NCBI GenBank assembly: GCA_003427395.1
Contig: BFEA01000002.1
Span: 3,161,292-3,225,291 of the forward strand
Direction: 5' to 3'
DNA: 64,000 bases
DNA from: Chara braunii
Taxonomy: Eukaryota; Plantae; Charophyceae
The notes under the pieces were generated by a model. It was given only the letters and a program-made list of their open reading frames with translations. It made no database searches and was not told the origin of the DNA. Positions 25,711-38,209 of the stretch are shown here, piece by piece (position 1 is the first letter of the stretch; every line of letters begins with the position of its first letter). Made by a program: the position numbers and the translations under genes.

Positions 25711-28700
25711 GGACCAGAGGGCTAAGTCCATGCTCACGGGAGCGCGCCGGCCGGCGCCCGGAACGCCCAAGTTGCGCTTGCAGTTTAACGCTGCTATGGT
25801 CCCTCGCGTAGCGCACAGCCATGATGCGCTAGCGAGAGTGTAGCCTCCTCGGTCGGCAATAACCGAGCAACCAACCCGCGTGGGAAGGGAGGTAGGGGCC
25901 ATATAGACCGGCCACATAGCCAGTCAGTGTTATCATCATGAGAAGTTGATATACTCGTACACGTATTGTAAGAGAAGGGTGTCTGCGAGCGCCACACACA
26001 GAGGCGCCTGCCTTTGACGTGAACATAGCGAGTAGAAGGAAGGAGAGGGACAAAAATAGCAACATTAGAGGCTCAACACGAGTCAGCTGAGCGAGGTATC
26101 AAGGATGGACCAGGGAAACCGTCAGGCTCGTCCGGAGGCAAACGAGGTGCCGCTATCTGCAGAAGACCAGATCACGGTATACAACTGCTAATAGCGAAAT
26201 GTTATGAGGATGGGGTTTTCCCAGAGAATTTACGCCATAGAGAGTTTGTCATGGAGAACGGTATTCACATTTTTTCAAGGTTAATCCACAAATCAACACA
26301 CTAACCACGGTGTGTCTCAAGGAGAGGACAGTGACGGTGATTTTCCAGGGAGAAGCGAGAGACCTACCGATGAGGACCAAAGAAGACCTGATTCGGGCAT
26401 ACGAGAATGGCTGGCTAAGGAAGAAGACGTTTGCAAGAGGGTTCAAGAGAGGGAGGGTCCATGAAGAAGGGCCCAATGTGATGTCATACGTTGCTAAATC
26501 GAGGCAGGTGGCTCAATGGCTAGTGGCGAAGGCAGACGATGTGGTGGTGATTAGAGGAGTGGAGTATAAGATGCTATTTGAAGCATGGATGGCAAGGACA
26601 GAGTTAGAGGAGCAAAGAAGACGAGATGGTGAAACTAAGTTTTAGGTCATAGCTTTGAGAGTACCACTGCGTGCTATGTTCCATGTGGGCGATTTGATTA
26701 CCCAAGTGTTGGGCCTTATCATTACATGTCACCCCCCAGAGCCAAATGCCACACGCCCGAAGCTTATGAATTTGAAATTCGAACTTGCACGGGAAGCGGA
26801 AGAAAAGTTTGAGGCGATCCTCCCAATGAAGCTCAACCATGGTGAGTTATACAACGTACAACTTGTCAATAAGAACACGCCATGGTGCACTCGGTGCAAA
26901 TGGTGGTTCCATACGGAATCGGACGGTTGTCCAAAAACCGATGTAGTCAGAGGTCGCAACCATGGCCCTCAACAAGGCGAAGTGGTATTCGACAAAGGGA
27001 TCAGATCGGTGGCCAGAGATCAACACATTGTTCCCTCAAGTGGAGGAGAGTTCAGCAAGGCAGCGACAAGAAGACAAGGGGGGTTCGACCACCTAGGAAG
27101 CAGACCAGGAGATCAGGCGGCTGCTCCGATGGGACATCTCCCAAGTATACAGCAACTCGGGCAACATTGACTGAGAGAGCTATATCAGCCGGCGTCGGGG
27201 GAGCACTCGAGGCAAGCAGATATCCGATTAGGATCATGGACACTGATCCCAGGTGCCAGTGATCCGTACCTAGCGGCCATGAATGCTCTTTGTCCGTGGC
27301 CATAACCACAAAACGAGGCAGCCAGATACGGCCACTCGACGAATCATGCAATCAACGGTCTACAAGGAGGAAGTCAATACCTCTTGCCAGGGCACCACCC
27401 TGGCAAGGGGCAGGGCCAATCGGCATTTTCGAGACCAGGACAGGAGATGATGGGCCCTTTACCAGGGGTGGTAGAGAGAGTGGTGGGAATTGACGGATAC
27501 GGAGATGGAAGAAACCAGAACACCATTAGGGCCAGTCGTCAATTCCCCAACAAGAGCACAGTGAAACTTCCCAGAGGGAAGGAGGGGATGTAGGTGGCTC
27601 ATGAAATCCGATTCCGAATGGGGTAATTACTCGTGATGTGGGGGAGTAGCAGCCAGAGGAGAAGCTGCTATTGCCTCTAATCTGTACTCTCCTCGGATAG
27701 GAACCTTACATTCTCGGATTGGTAAATAGGCTAGGAGAGACGGTCTTTCCATCTACGTCCTTATGCGGGGTTCCCACTCCATACCTGATTGAGTCTAGAG
27801 TAAGACAAACTTATGCTAATTACTTTTGCTTTAGAATTTTCCCAGAGGATCCTCTCACGGTGGACACACCGGCAGGTAAATGCCTGAAGTTCTTTATTCC
27901 ATTGATAGATGCAAGAATTTCGATGCAACACTGGGCGGGCTTGCCATCGATAGGGTTAACGCGTATGCCCCTCCACCTACTACTAGGAGTTCCGAGAAAC
28001 GAACTTGATAGTGTGTTAGTAAAACCAGGGATCTCCACTTCCTTTCTCAGAACTCTAGCCTGTCGCAGGAGAGGGAAGGTACCGTCTAGTCAGATCACGT
28101 CCGGATCCAAGTGGAAAACGAGACGCCAGGCACTGGGGATGGGGAAAATTAAAGTAGGTACATGGAATGTGAAAGGACTGCGCGATACCGAGGGAAAGCA
28201 AAAGGGAAAGCGGTTGAAGAGGTGGATTCAAGAGAGAAGAGTAAACATCATGTTCGTGCGAGAGACGAAGTTGTCAGAAGCTAAATTAGCACAACTCACA
28301 GATTGGTGTGATGACCCTCAACTCTGGTCCCCGACATGGGGCACTAGAGGAGGGATGACCATCTTAGTCCGAAAAATCTTAAGCACAGAGCTCATTGATT
28401 TTGAGTCGGACTTATGGGGTAGATGGGTGTAGCTAAAACTCATGATTGATGATGTTGAGACAGTAGTAGCTACAGTTTATGCACATAACAAACTGAAAGA
28501 TAAACTTTTATTTATTAAATTTCTCCCTTACTGCTTACCGAGGACAAAAAATATGATAATAGGGGGAGATTGGAACTTGGTGTGCACTCCTGGCCTGGAT
28601 TCAGAAGTCGAAGAGGGCCTAAAAAAAGATAGAGAAGCTTTTCTTCTATGAACGGAAGCGTGGGGCCTGACGAACATCTTCAGGGAGCTATACCCCTTAA

Positions 28701-29770
28701 CCAAAGATTTCACGTGGTTCTTAAGCTCCAGGGTTGTGGCAGGAGCAAACCGAAGGCTAGATTTCTTTCTGACCTTCGGGTATTTTACTCAGTCCGCCGT
28801 TGTTGTCCAATCATACCGTGGGGGCATGTCAGGCCATAAACCAGTAACTATGGAGGCCAGAATAGCGAGACAGGCGAAGCCTAAGGGCCCTGGATACTTC
28901 CGACTAAACTCTGCAAATCTGGAGGACGAGGGCTGGTGGAACTGGATCAACCAACAGTGGATTTCCTGGAAACAGGCGAGAGTGGTTTTTGACTCATATG
29001 AACAATGGTGGGATGAAGGAATCCGCATCATCTCGTCGAAGTTTGAAGTGTTCTTATCGATCGCAGCTTACATGAGGAACACACAGGAAAGGAGGTTATA
29101 AGAGTGGATGAGGCGGAGAAAAAAACGAGGGGACACCAAATTTCGGAACTCACATGGGCAGAGGAGAGGGCAACCTGAATCAACGAATGGGAGTAGTACC
29201 AAGTGGAAAAAACAGTCCAGATGGGAGGCAATCCTACAAGAGAAAGGTGTAATTACTAGATACAGAATGACGAAGGAGTGTTTCCGCAGACTGCTGCCAA
29301 GCTGCAAGAGGGTCCAAATGCATGAACTCCAACATCCACACCTGATGGGGGTGTCGATAGCACACACAAACAAACAAGGATCTATGTGAATACGCAGCGG
29401 ACTACTTCAGGGATATCTTGACGACCCGTAAGACCTTTTGGAACAAGGAAACATACCTTATAAAATAAAGTAGCTTTTGGGACACGATCATTGTCAGGGT
29501 TACAGAATGGGGAAGGAGAGAGATGGACAGACCGATAACAATAGAAGAACTCAGAGAAATCATCAAAACCATAGCGAAGGGTAAAGTGCCAGGCGATGAT
29601 GGCTTACCAGTGGAGTTCTTCCTGACCTGTTGGGAGGTGCTGGAACAAGACGTGGTACAACCGTATAACGCTATCTTGACAGGGGGGCAACTAGGGGAGT
29701 CGATGACCAGATGAGTAATTACCTTAATGTATACGAAAGGAGATCGGTCAGAGGTGAGAAATTGGAGACG
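25711..29770 (+). mobile_element. Second L1/Tx1-clade LINE: 5' UTR, decayed ORF1, ORF2 truncated at the start of RT
   Basis: ORF1 zinc knuckle CTRCKWWFHTESDGC; ORF2 from ~28139 with GTWNVKGL, GGDWN, RRLDFF, KVPGDDGLP, ending at VRNWR where a satellite begins. Confidence 0.9.
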
Positions 29771-30840
29771 AGCCCGGGGGAGGACAACGGACGACAACAC
29801 GCACAGGGGGAGGACGACGCAGAAGAACACGCAGGAGGACGCACACAGGCACAACATCCTGAGTACGGATCAGGACCAGAACGGGGGGTGCGTCCAGGTG
29901 CACACGCGCGCAGCACCCGCGAGCATAGATCAAGATCGGGACGGGGGGGGCGCGTCCAGGTGCACACGCGCGCAGTATTAAGATTGGAACAGGTGGCGCG
30001 GACTAGGGTCGGATCGGGATAGCGCACACAGGCGCACAACCGGGGTCATGCGCGAGCACTCGCGCAGCCCCTGCACACGGGCGCACAACCGGAATCACAC
30101 GCACTCGCGCATCCCCTGCGCACAGACGCACGGTCGGAAAGCGTGCGCACACTCGAGCAACCCCTGCGTACAGGCGCACAGTCGGAGTTGTGCGCGAGCA
30201 CTCGCGCAGCCCCTGCGCACGGGCGCACAGTCGGAATCGCGCCCACTCGCGCATCCCCTGCGCAGAGACGCACGGTCGAAAAGCGCGCGCGCACTCACGC
30301 AACCCCTGCGCACAGTCGCAGTCGTGCGAGAGCACTCTTGCAACCCCTGCGCACGGGCACACAGTCGGAATCACTCGCACTCACGCATCCCCTGCGCACA
30401 GACGCACGATCGGAAAGCGCGCGCGCACTCGCGCAACCCCTGCACACAGGCGCACAGTCAGAGTCGTGCGCGAGCACTTGCACAACCCCTGCGCACGGGC
30501 GCACAGTCGGAATCGCGCGCGAGCACGCACGCAGTCCCTATGCTCAGGCACATGGTCGGGATCGCACACACACGCGCGCAGTCCCTATGCTCAGGCACAC
30601 GGTCGGGATTGCACACACACGCGCGCAGTCCCTATGCTCAGGCACACCCGCGCAGTTCCTGCACACACGCACGCAGCTCCCGCTCACACACGCGCGGCAC
30701 CTGTCCACACGTGCGCGACCCCTGCGCACAGGCGCGCGGTCGGGATAGCATGCGTGCACTCGCGCAGCCCTTGCGCACAGGCGCAAGGTCGGGATAGGGC
30801 GCACTCACGCGCACAACCCTTGTGCACAGGCGCACGGTGG
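29771..30840. repeat. GC-rich GCGCAC-based degenerate satellite
   Basis: Recurrent cccctgcgcac...gcgcacagtcgga units. Confidence 0.9.
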
Positions 30841-30849
30841 GGCGGGGCC

Positions 30850-32130
30850 CGAACGCTGGGTGAAGCGGGCCCTTTGAGTATGATCGAAATACCGGGCTGG
30901 GCGGACAGATCGTTGGAGGGCGGTTTTAGACACCGGGTGAAGCGGGCCCTTTGAGTGTGAGCGAAACTCCGGACTGGACGGACGGATCGTTGGAGAGTGG
31001 TTTGGACATCGGGTGAGGCGAGAGCGATCGAAAAATCGGACGGACGAACCTTTAGGGGGCGGTATAAACACCGGGTGAAGCGGGCGTTTCGGGTATGATC
31101 AGGACACTGGACGGACGGATCACCAGGGCACAGTCAAGACATCAGTGGAGCAGGCCTTTTAGGGCGCACACCGGCGAAAAGGGGTTTTGGGGTGCGGCTA
31201 GGGCACGCAGGGATACCCCGTTGGGGCGCAGTCGAGACGCCAGCGGAACGGACCTATTACGATAAAAGGCCCTTTTTGGGGCACAGTCAGGACACGGCGA
31301 AGCGGGCCTTTCGGAGGCACAGTTTGGACGTCGGTGAAAAGGGCCTTTTCGGGGCACAATCAGGACACTGCGAAACGGGCCTTTCGGAGGCANNNNNNNN
31401 NNNNNNNNNNNNNNNNNNNNNNNNNNNNNNNNNNNNNNNNNNNNNNNNNNNNNNNNNNNNNNNNNNNNNNNNNNNNNNNNNNNNNNNNNNNNNNNNNNNN
31501 NNNNNNNNNNNNNNNNNNNNNNNNNNNNNNNNNNNNNNNNNNNNNNNNNNNNNNNNNNNNNNNNNNNACAACGGTAAAAAGGGCCTTCTTGGGGCACAGT
31601 CAGGACACCACGAAGCGGGCCTTTCGGAGGCACAGTTTGGACGTCGGTGAAAAGGGCCTTTTTGGGGCACAATCGGGACACTGCGAAGCGGGCCTTTTGG
31701 AGGCACAGTTTGGACATCGGTAAAAAGGGCCTTTTTGAGGCACAGTCAGGACACTGCGAAGCGGGCCTTTCGGAGGCACAGTTTGGACAACGGTAAAAAG
31801 GGCCTTTTTGGGGCACAACCAGGACACCGCGAAGCAGGCCTTTCGGAGGCACAGTTTGGACGTTGATGAAAAGGGCCTTTTTGGGGCATAGTCAAGGCAC
31901 TGCGAAGCGGGCCTTTCGGAGGCACAGTTTGGACATCGGTAAAAAGGGCCTTTTGGAGCACCGTCGGGACACTGCGAGCCGGGCCTTTCGAAAGGGGACA
32001 TTCCGAACCGGGCCTTTCGAAAGGGTACATTCCGAACCGGGCCTTTCGAAAGGGGACATTCCGAACCCGGCTTTTCGAACGGGTACGTTCCGAACAGGGC
32101 CCTCCGAAAGGATACACGCTGAGACGGGTC
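30850..32130. repeat. ~72-73-bp satellite (dimer of ~36-bp units), spans an N gap
   Basis: ggcacagtcaggacactgcgaagcgggcctttcggaggcacagtttggac...aaaagggccttttt repeated. Confidence 0.92.
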
Positions 32131-32969
32131 ACTGAGCCAAACTCGGGGCTTGAAAGGGTGGCGAGCCTAATAACGATGGCGGATCCTACATTAGGCAATA
32201 AAAATCGGAGAGATTAGCGGTATGAGTTGAGGAGGTAATGGCTTGGCTCGATACGTAGAGAGAAGCGAATGTACTTGACCATATTTCGGCGGAAGATTTA
32301 TTTTGATTTTTACTCACCAAATCATTGAGAATAACCCCCCCTCTAGCTGTTTATATATACGACTGAAGACGATAGTCTATCCGCCCGGATTTTGGCGGAA
32401 GACTCACTGGCTTTGCGCGTCCCGTTGGTGATAGAAGCGTGGAGCCAACTGCAGAGTCGGATACTTACGCATTGGTCATTGAACCGCATGCACTACCGGT
32501 TGGAGCAGTTAGAAGGGAACCGCGAAGCTAAAAACTTACCTGGCCAGAGGGTTGCTGAGCAATGCAACTGCAAACAAGCATAACGTTACAGTTTACCTGC
32601 TGGCAGGATACAATCGCAGGGGTTGAAAGCTTACTAGCTGGCCGAGATACGGCTTATCCCGTTGAAGTACGGTAGCGGAGGGGGAATGGGACAAGCCACA
32701 GGGCGTGCGTGCTTGCCTGATTGTAGAGCACTGTTTTTTTTACTGTTTGAAGCGACAAGGGGGGCCAGTCATGTTGCAGGGGCAGACCAATGAGCAGCTC
32801 ATCCTACTGGATGAAGCAGTGTGAATCCCTTCGGGAAGAGGGTGCGAATCACAAGTTAGTGAGGGCTACACAACAAGTGACTGTGTGCAATTCGCCTGTT
32901 GCATGACCAGCAAGACCATGTTACTGTTTTGCCACAATGTGACAGGGGGCTAAGCTTGTTAAAGGGGGA

Positions 32970-34330
32970 GTATTGCTGCGATTTTGAGGAACATCGGGAG
33001 GCCAGCACTCAGCGGTTTGGCCTTGGTATGTTCATTGGCTGAGCGTTTTGGCCATCATTGCGGGACCCTTAGGTGACTGAAGATTGGAAGACCCTCTCCC
33101 GCGAGTCTGAGTGCAACCCCTTTGGATTTGAGAGACTTAATGAATTTATTTCTTCCCTTCTCACTCTAAGTCTGGTCTATTGGTTATGTGATGAAGGCGG
33201 CAGGCAGGATTGCAACCCGGATTCCGTGCCAAGGCCTCTGTGGGAGGTTCGCCCCACCGATTAAGGGAGCTCTGTCGGGACTTAGGAGGAGTTCTGGAGG
33301 CAGGGAACCGAGTGCTAACTTTCTGATTCCCTCTATAAACCCAATTACAACCCCTATCTGTACTTCTCTCTATGCATTGACTGAGTATGTTGCATGCACC
33401 TTATATTTGAAATTGGGTTTGACTTCAGGACATAACCCAGACTAATGAAAGGAGTGAGTGCACAACCTCAAGTTTCAGTTTTGTTGATTGTCTGAAAACA
33501 GATCGTTAAGGGGGGGGTGCATCAGGGGGAAGGTTGGGAGGAAGGCAATTTGCTTATGCTTGAACGGGTCTTATAGGGTCAGGCATTGTTTCTAAGACGA
33601 ATGGCCTGACTGCTGTGTTTTGTTCTGTTTTCTGAAGGGCCAAGCATTGTTTCTAAGACGAATGGCTTGGTCGTCATGTTTGTTTAATTTAACCGGGCAT
33701 TGTTTCTAAGACGAATGACCTGATTATTGTTTTTATGGGGTATTGACTGTGCAAATTTGGAGGACAAGATATTGTTCCTAAGATGAATGGTCTAGTCGCT
33801 GTTTATTTTGAGTAGTTTCTTAACAGTCTCTGGGTCTTGACTCAGGGTACTCTGTTTTTTTTAGTGCTGAGAAAAGAGGGTTGAACATTGTTTCTAAGAC
33901 GAATGACCCAACTCTCTTGGTTGTTTTATTCTGAGGGAGGTTCAGGTCACAAATTGGATATTGTTTCTAAGACGAATGGTCTAAGTCCGAGGCCACAAGA
34001 TTATAATATGAATAAAGGAATAAGAATTTCTATATTTCTATATCTATATGTTTATGAGAACAAGGCTAGCCAGATGTTGTTTCTAAGACGAATGGTCTTA
34101 CTATAGCCTTATCACAAATTAAGAGAGTATAACTAAGAGTTGTAATTGAAGGTAACTTGAGTTAGTTGAGTATTGTTTCTAAGACGAATGACTTAGTGAT
34201 ATGCCCAACGAAGAAAGAAGTAGTTGCGCAACCTGTTCATCTATAACCAAGGCAAAGAGTTGACATTGTTTCTAAGACGAATTACCTAACTCGATGCCCT
34301 ATGTAAACTGGGTATAAAGGGATAAATCAC
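32970..34330 (+). mobile_element. LTR-like long repeat, copy A (contains hairpin array 1)
   Basis: Collinear with 44990-46460; preceded by PPT-like aaagggggag (~32961); TATA-like ctataaa near 33333; right boundary not determined. Confidence 0.55.
33577..34300 (+). repeat. Array of 9 stem-loops with TAAGAY loop
   Basis: Loops at 33593, 33654, 33707, 33779, 33895, 33968, 34084, 34180 and 34273; core attgtttc-TAAGAC-gaatg. Confidence 0.9.
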
Positions 34331-34584
34331 TAAAAGATTGTGAAATATTATTTATCAAAGATGATTTGGGTTGGTGAGAGTACTTACCTTTGTAGTTTGA
34401 CCTACATGTGACTGAGTGCGACGACTACTTACTAGGAGTTTCAGTTTTATAGGTATTTTCTTTAGTTGCTCGCCACGTGCTAGAGCCATAGGAGTTAGTT
34501 TCAATTTCTGCATTTGTTGGGCTAAGTTTATTTTTGTTACTTAGGTCGACTTCTACGTTTTCTGGGATCATTTATTATACTTAA

Positions 34585-35030
34585 GCTTGTATAAATCTTG
34601 GTAAGCCACTTTCTCTGCTGAAAGCGCTGCTGAATTTTCTACAAATCCAAGGAGTTAGACGAAATTGAACTTTGAAGAGTCGAAGTTATTTTCAAATTCT
34701 AAACTTAGCTTTGTATAAATTTTTGAATCGCACTTTTCTAAAGGGAGTACTGCCGAAATTTCTGCAAAAGTAAGGAGTTGGTTGAATTTTGTCTTAGTTG
34801 AACTTAAGTTTATCTTTTGAGTTCGAATCTTAATTAGTATAAACCTAGGAAGTCTCCCTTTCTAAAGGGAGTGATGCCCAAATTTTTGCAAATTCGGGGA
34901 GATAAACAAAATTTTGACCTTCTTAAGTTAGAGATTATTTCTGTTTTCATATTTGAGTTTATATAAACTCTAGAAAAACATTTTTTCTATGGGAAACGCT
35001 GTCGAAATTTTCTTAGAGGAGTTAGGTTAT
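34585..35030. repeat. Four degenerate ~124-bp tandem units
   Basis: Each unit has tataaa...tttct...ctgc.gaa.ttt...ggag. Confidence 0.75.
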
Positions 35031-36740
35031 ATTTTGGCAGGTGACAACTCTGGCAATCCACCCTGAATAGGGGAGATCTTACCAAAGGTCTACCTTTTCT
35101 TTAAGGTACTTGCTTAGCGGTAGGTTCAAGTTTAGATAGTTAGAACGATTTTTGAGTACGAGCGCGACATGGAGATTGTTTTCCATAAACTTATAGATCT
35201 AGCTTGGGGTATTGACCTGTCTGTGTTACATGTCTTCTTGATCGTTTGATTCAAGATCAGGACTAGACTCAGCTTGATCCTACAAGGATCATCGTCTGTT
35301 ATCACTGATAACAGGTCGGTTGCCGATTCGTCGGTTTACGATTCAACTTCAATTCACTCTTGTCACTCAACCTAAAGGCTTAGCCCTGTGGTTTGAAATG
35401 TTTCATTGTGTTTTTACCCAAACTTTATTGAATGACCATTTAATAAAGGTACTGAATATTTTATTGTTGGAGCTAAGGTTGAGGTTTGTGTGGCTAAAGC
35501 AAGGGGTGTGAGCGCAGAGAATGGTTGAAGTTGACCCCGTGTAGTGCGTGGACTTTTGTTGAATCTTTGATGTAATTGCAAGTACGTTTGGTGTTTCAGA
35601 CTTTGAATTTGACTGTCTGCGATCATACAAATATCTATGACTGAGAGGAGTCCCACTGTGACTGTAAGAAGTGATCGTTCTATATTAATAACCCTCTATA
35701 TATCTGTGAATATATATGTCTTGAGTATTGTGTGCGGCCTACAGTGACCGTTGTCGGACCAAATACCCTTACAAGGGTATCTGACCATTCTTTCGCATTC
35801 GACACGGTGACGGCATCGACTACCATGACGGAGTCAGTCTGGAAATGGAAAGGGTGTGCACGCTTGGGCGTGACACTCGAAACGAATTCCTCGGCCATTG
35901 AGGTCGGGGCAAAATTTTGTTAAGTATGCGAGCGCGTTGTTATGACACACGTTGTGAAGGTCAGGATCTACAGTAATACCCTTCGACCGAAGAGGTTGAA
36001 GGGTCCATAGGGTTGATGTTATGACAAGTAGACCTACGATGTATGCTGAGACTTTATCGTAAGTTAGTCGGAATAAATTAATACGCGCCCCGGTCGTACG
36101 ACCGGAGCGATTATTGGTGTATGATTATCGGGGTTGAGGTAGCGCCCGATTGTTGAAGTTTGCTGGAGCGGTACCTGTATCCTTACTAGTGCACCGTAAG
36201 CGAGGTTGAGGCTCTAGCTCAGCCTCCCGTAGGTAGAAAAGAGAGTCGTCCATTGGGAGGTGACTTCCTGACCACATGACTACCCTAGCGACCGGTGCCT
36301 TCGTCCTTCTGCAGAAGGAGACACCGTTGCAAGTTCTGATATCGTTCGCACGGGGTTTGGACTGAGACTACTTGACCTAGTACCCGCCTACTTAACGGTA
36401 CTGGGCCTCTAAAAATGCCAACTTTTGTTTTCTTCTGCTCAACCTCGAGTACCCGGTGCATCTACCCCTCCTTAGTGTAGGTATGGGCTTGCCCGTCACT
36501 TATGTGTTTTCCCCCGGCAACCTTCAATGTCTCAGCCGCAGGTAAGTACCCCCCCTTCAGGCCTTTCGGTTAACTAGGTGCCCTTGTGGGACACACACAT
36601 ACACTCTGGCTGACAAGGCACTCAGACAGGTGTGCGGACCGGCAAGCATACACACACACGAACTTCGAAATAGGCTCATGCCGCTAGTTGGGCTGAGCCA
36701 AAGCTCTATAGATACTAGAGTTGCTCCCTTACTTTTTGAA

Positions 36741-36816
36741 GTGGGAGCTAGCTCAGTAGGTATTGGTGCAAGGCTATCATGCGACAGACCTGGGGATCGA
36801 ATCTGCCCAACCACCA
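36741..36816 (+). pseudogene. tRNA-derived sequence ending in CCA
   Basis: 76 nt, A-box tagctcagtagg, B-box-like ggatcgaatc, 3' accacca; stems degenerate. Confidence 0.55.
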
Positions 36817-36861
36817 AAGCGAACTTTCTTTTACGAGGAGTTTTATTTTAGTCTTCACCCG

Positions 36862-36942
36862 GTTTAGGATGGCCGGGGCTTGAACCCGCGACCTCAGGGT
36901 TAGCATTAGTTGTAGGTAGTTGGCCTGCATGCCACTTGGCAC
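36862..36942 (-). pseudogene. tRNA-derived sequence, convergent with the previous one
   Basis: Reverse strand gtgccaagtgg...aggtcgcgggttcaagcccc (T arm / B box). Confidence 0.5.
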
Positions 36943-38209
36943 GTTATGGTAGTTATCAGTTAGATTCTCTTATTTTCTTTTATTTTCTATTATTTATTTA
37001 TTTATTATTTATCTTTCTTTTATTATTTTATTTTCTTCTTTTCTTTTTGCCCGTGCTCGTTTCAGGTAATTTTGTTCTGATGTATATGTCGCGAGATCCG
37101 CAACAGATACATCAGAAAGGGGCACCCGATACCAACGACTACCGGCCTCAGAGTCGAAAAGGCCGCTTGATACTAGCTTACAACTCGGGAAAAGGGATGC
37201 GAGGCAACAGAGCGAGGGAGGGGCGCCAAGAAGTATGACGGCTCTTACCTCCTTCATCCCCCTCCGCTTTCCTATGCCTAAACCCCACATAAGCACATAA
37301 CCGTCTTCAAGCAACATGAGTGGAAATAATATGACGGCTTCCTATGACTTACTGAGATCAGGACTCATGCGCAAAGGACTTTCATTCCATATTTGATCCA
37401 TGTAACAGGGCGATTGCGGGAGCTCTGCCGGAGTTCAGGCGGAACTCTGGAGGCAGGGAACGACGAGGTACGTTACTTCGGCCCAGATGTTGTCTCATAT
37501 AGGCTATCATCGTAACAATTATTATAAGGGTAAGGGATCCATAAACAATAACTTTTCATGTCTTGGATTGCAGGTAGAGAAAAAGTTGGCTGAGTGGAAA
37601 CTGATTGCTTCTGGGTACAACAATCTTGTTGTGGGCATTGATTAGAAGTATGGATACAAGGTATCAACCTTTCATGATCATTCTCTTTATACTCCATCTA
37701 AACGATGATGGGTACCTTGATTTGAGCTTGTTATAATCAACTGTCATAGATCACACCGATCATTGCTCATTATGCATCTGATCCAGCATAAGTTCTCGAA
37801 CTAACAACGATTCAGGGCTTGAATGTCATTGAAAGCGATGACTTGATCCATAGATAAGACTTGTGTGGAGGTAAGAATAACAGGGAAAGCCTGCCTTAAC
37901 TCCGATGAGCCTTACGCTTGGTCAGTGATAAGTGCAAGGATCCTTGGACACCCGCCATATGCCCACCTAAGGGATGGTGATAACTCCCGCAGGTGGAGGT
38001 AATGTTGTACCTCGCGGGATCCCTAACCTGTCGTAGGGAGTCGCGAGAGGTATAGCACGCGCGCACCGTTGGAGTTGGTATTGCGTAAAGTGACAAAAAA
38101 AACTCCTGCGTGACACGACCGTGAGGTCCGACAAAAAACTACTTTGTATCTAGGGTGTGGGACCGCCGCACGTGACAACGTGATCCTGAACAAAGAAAAC
38201 ACAGACCCA

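Noticed and set aside
29711-32198. Long ORFs in the satellites
   Set aside because: Open in many frames because of the GC-rich repeat; no protein signal
33577-34300. CRISPR array (also 45598-46412)
   Set aside because: Spacing is irregular, spacer ends base-pair around each repeat, spacers are shared between the two arrays, there are no cas genes and the context is eukaryotic
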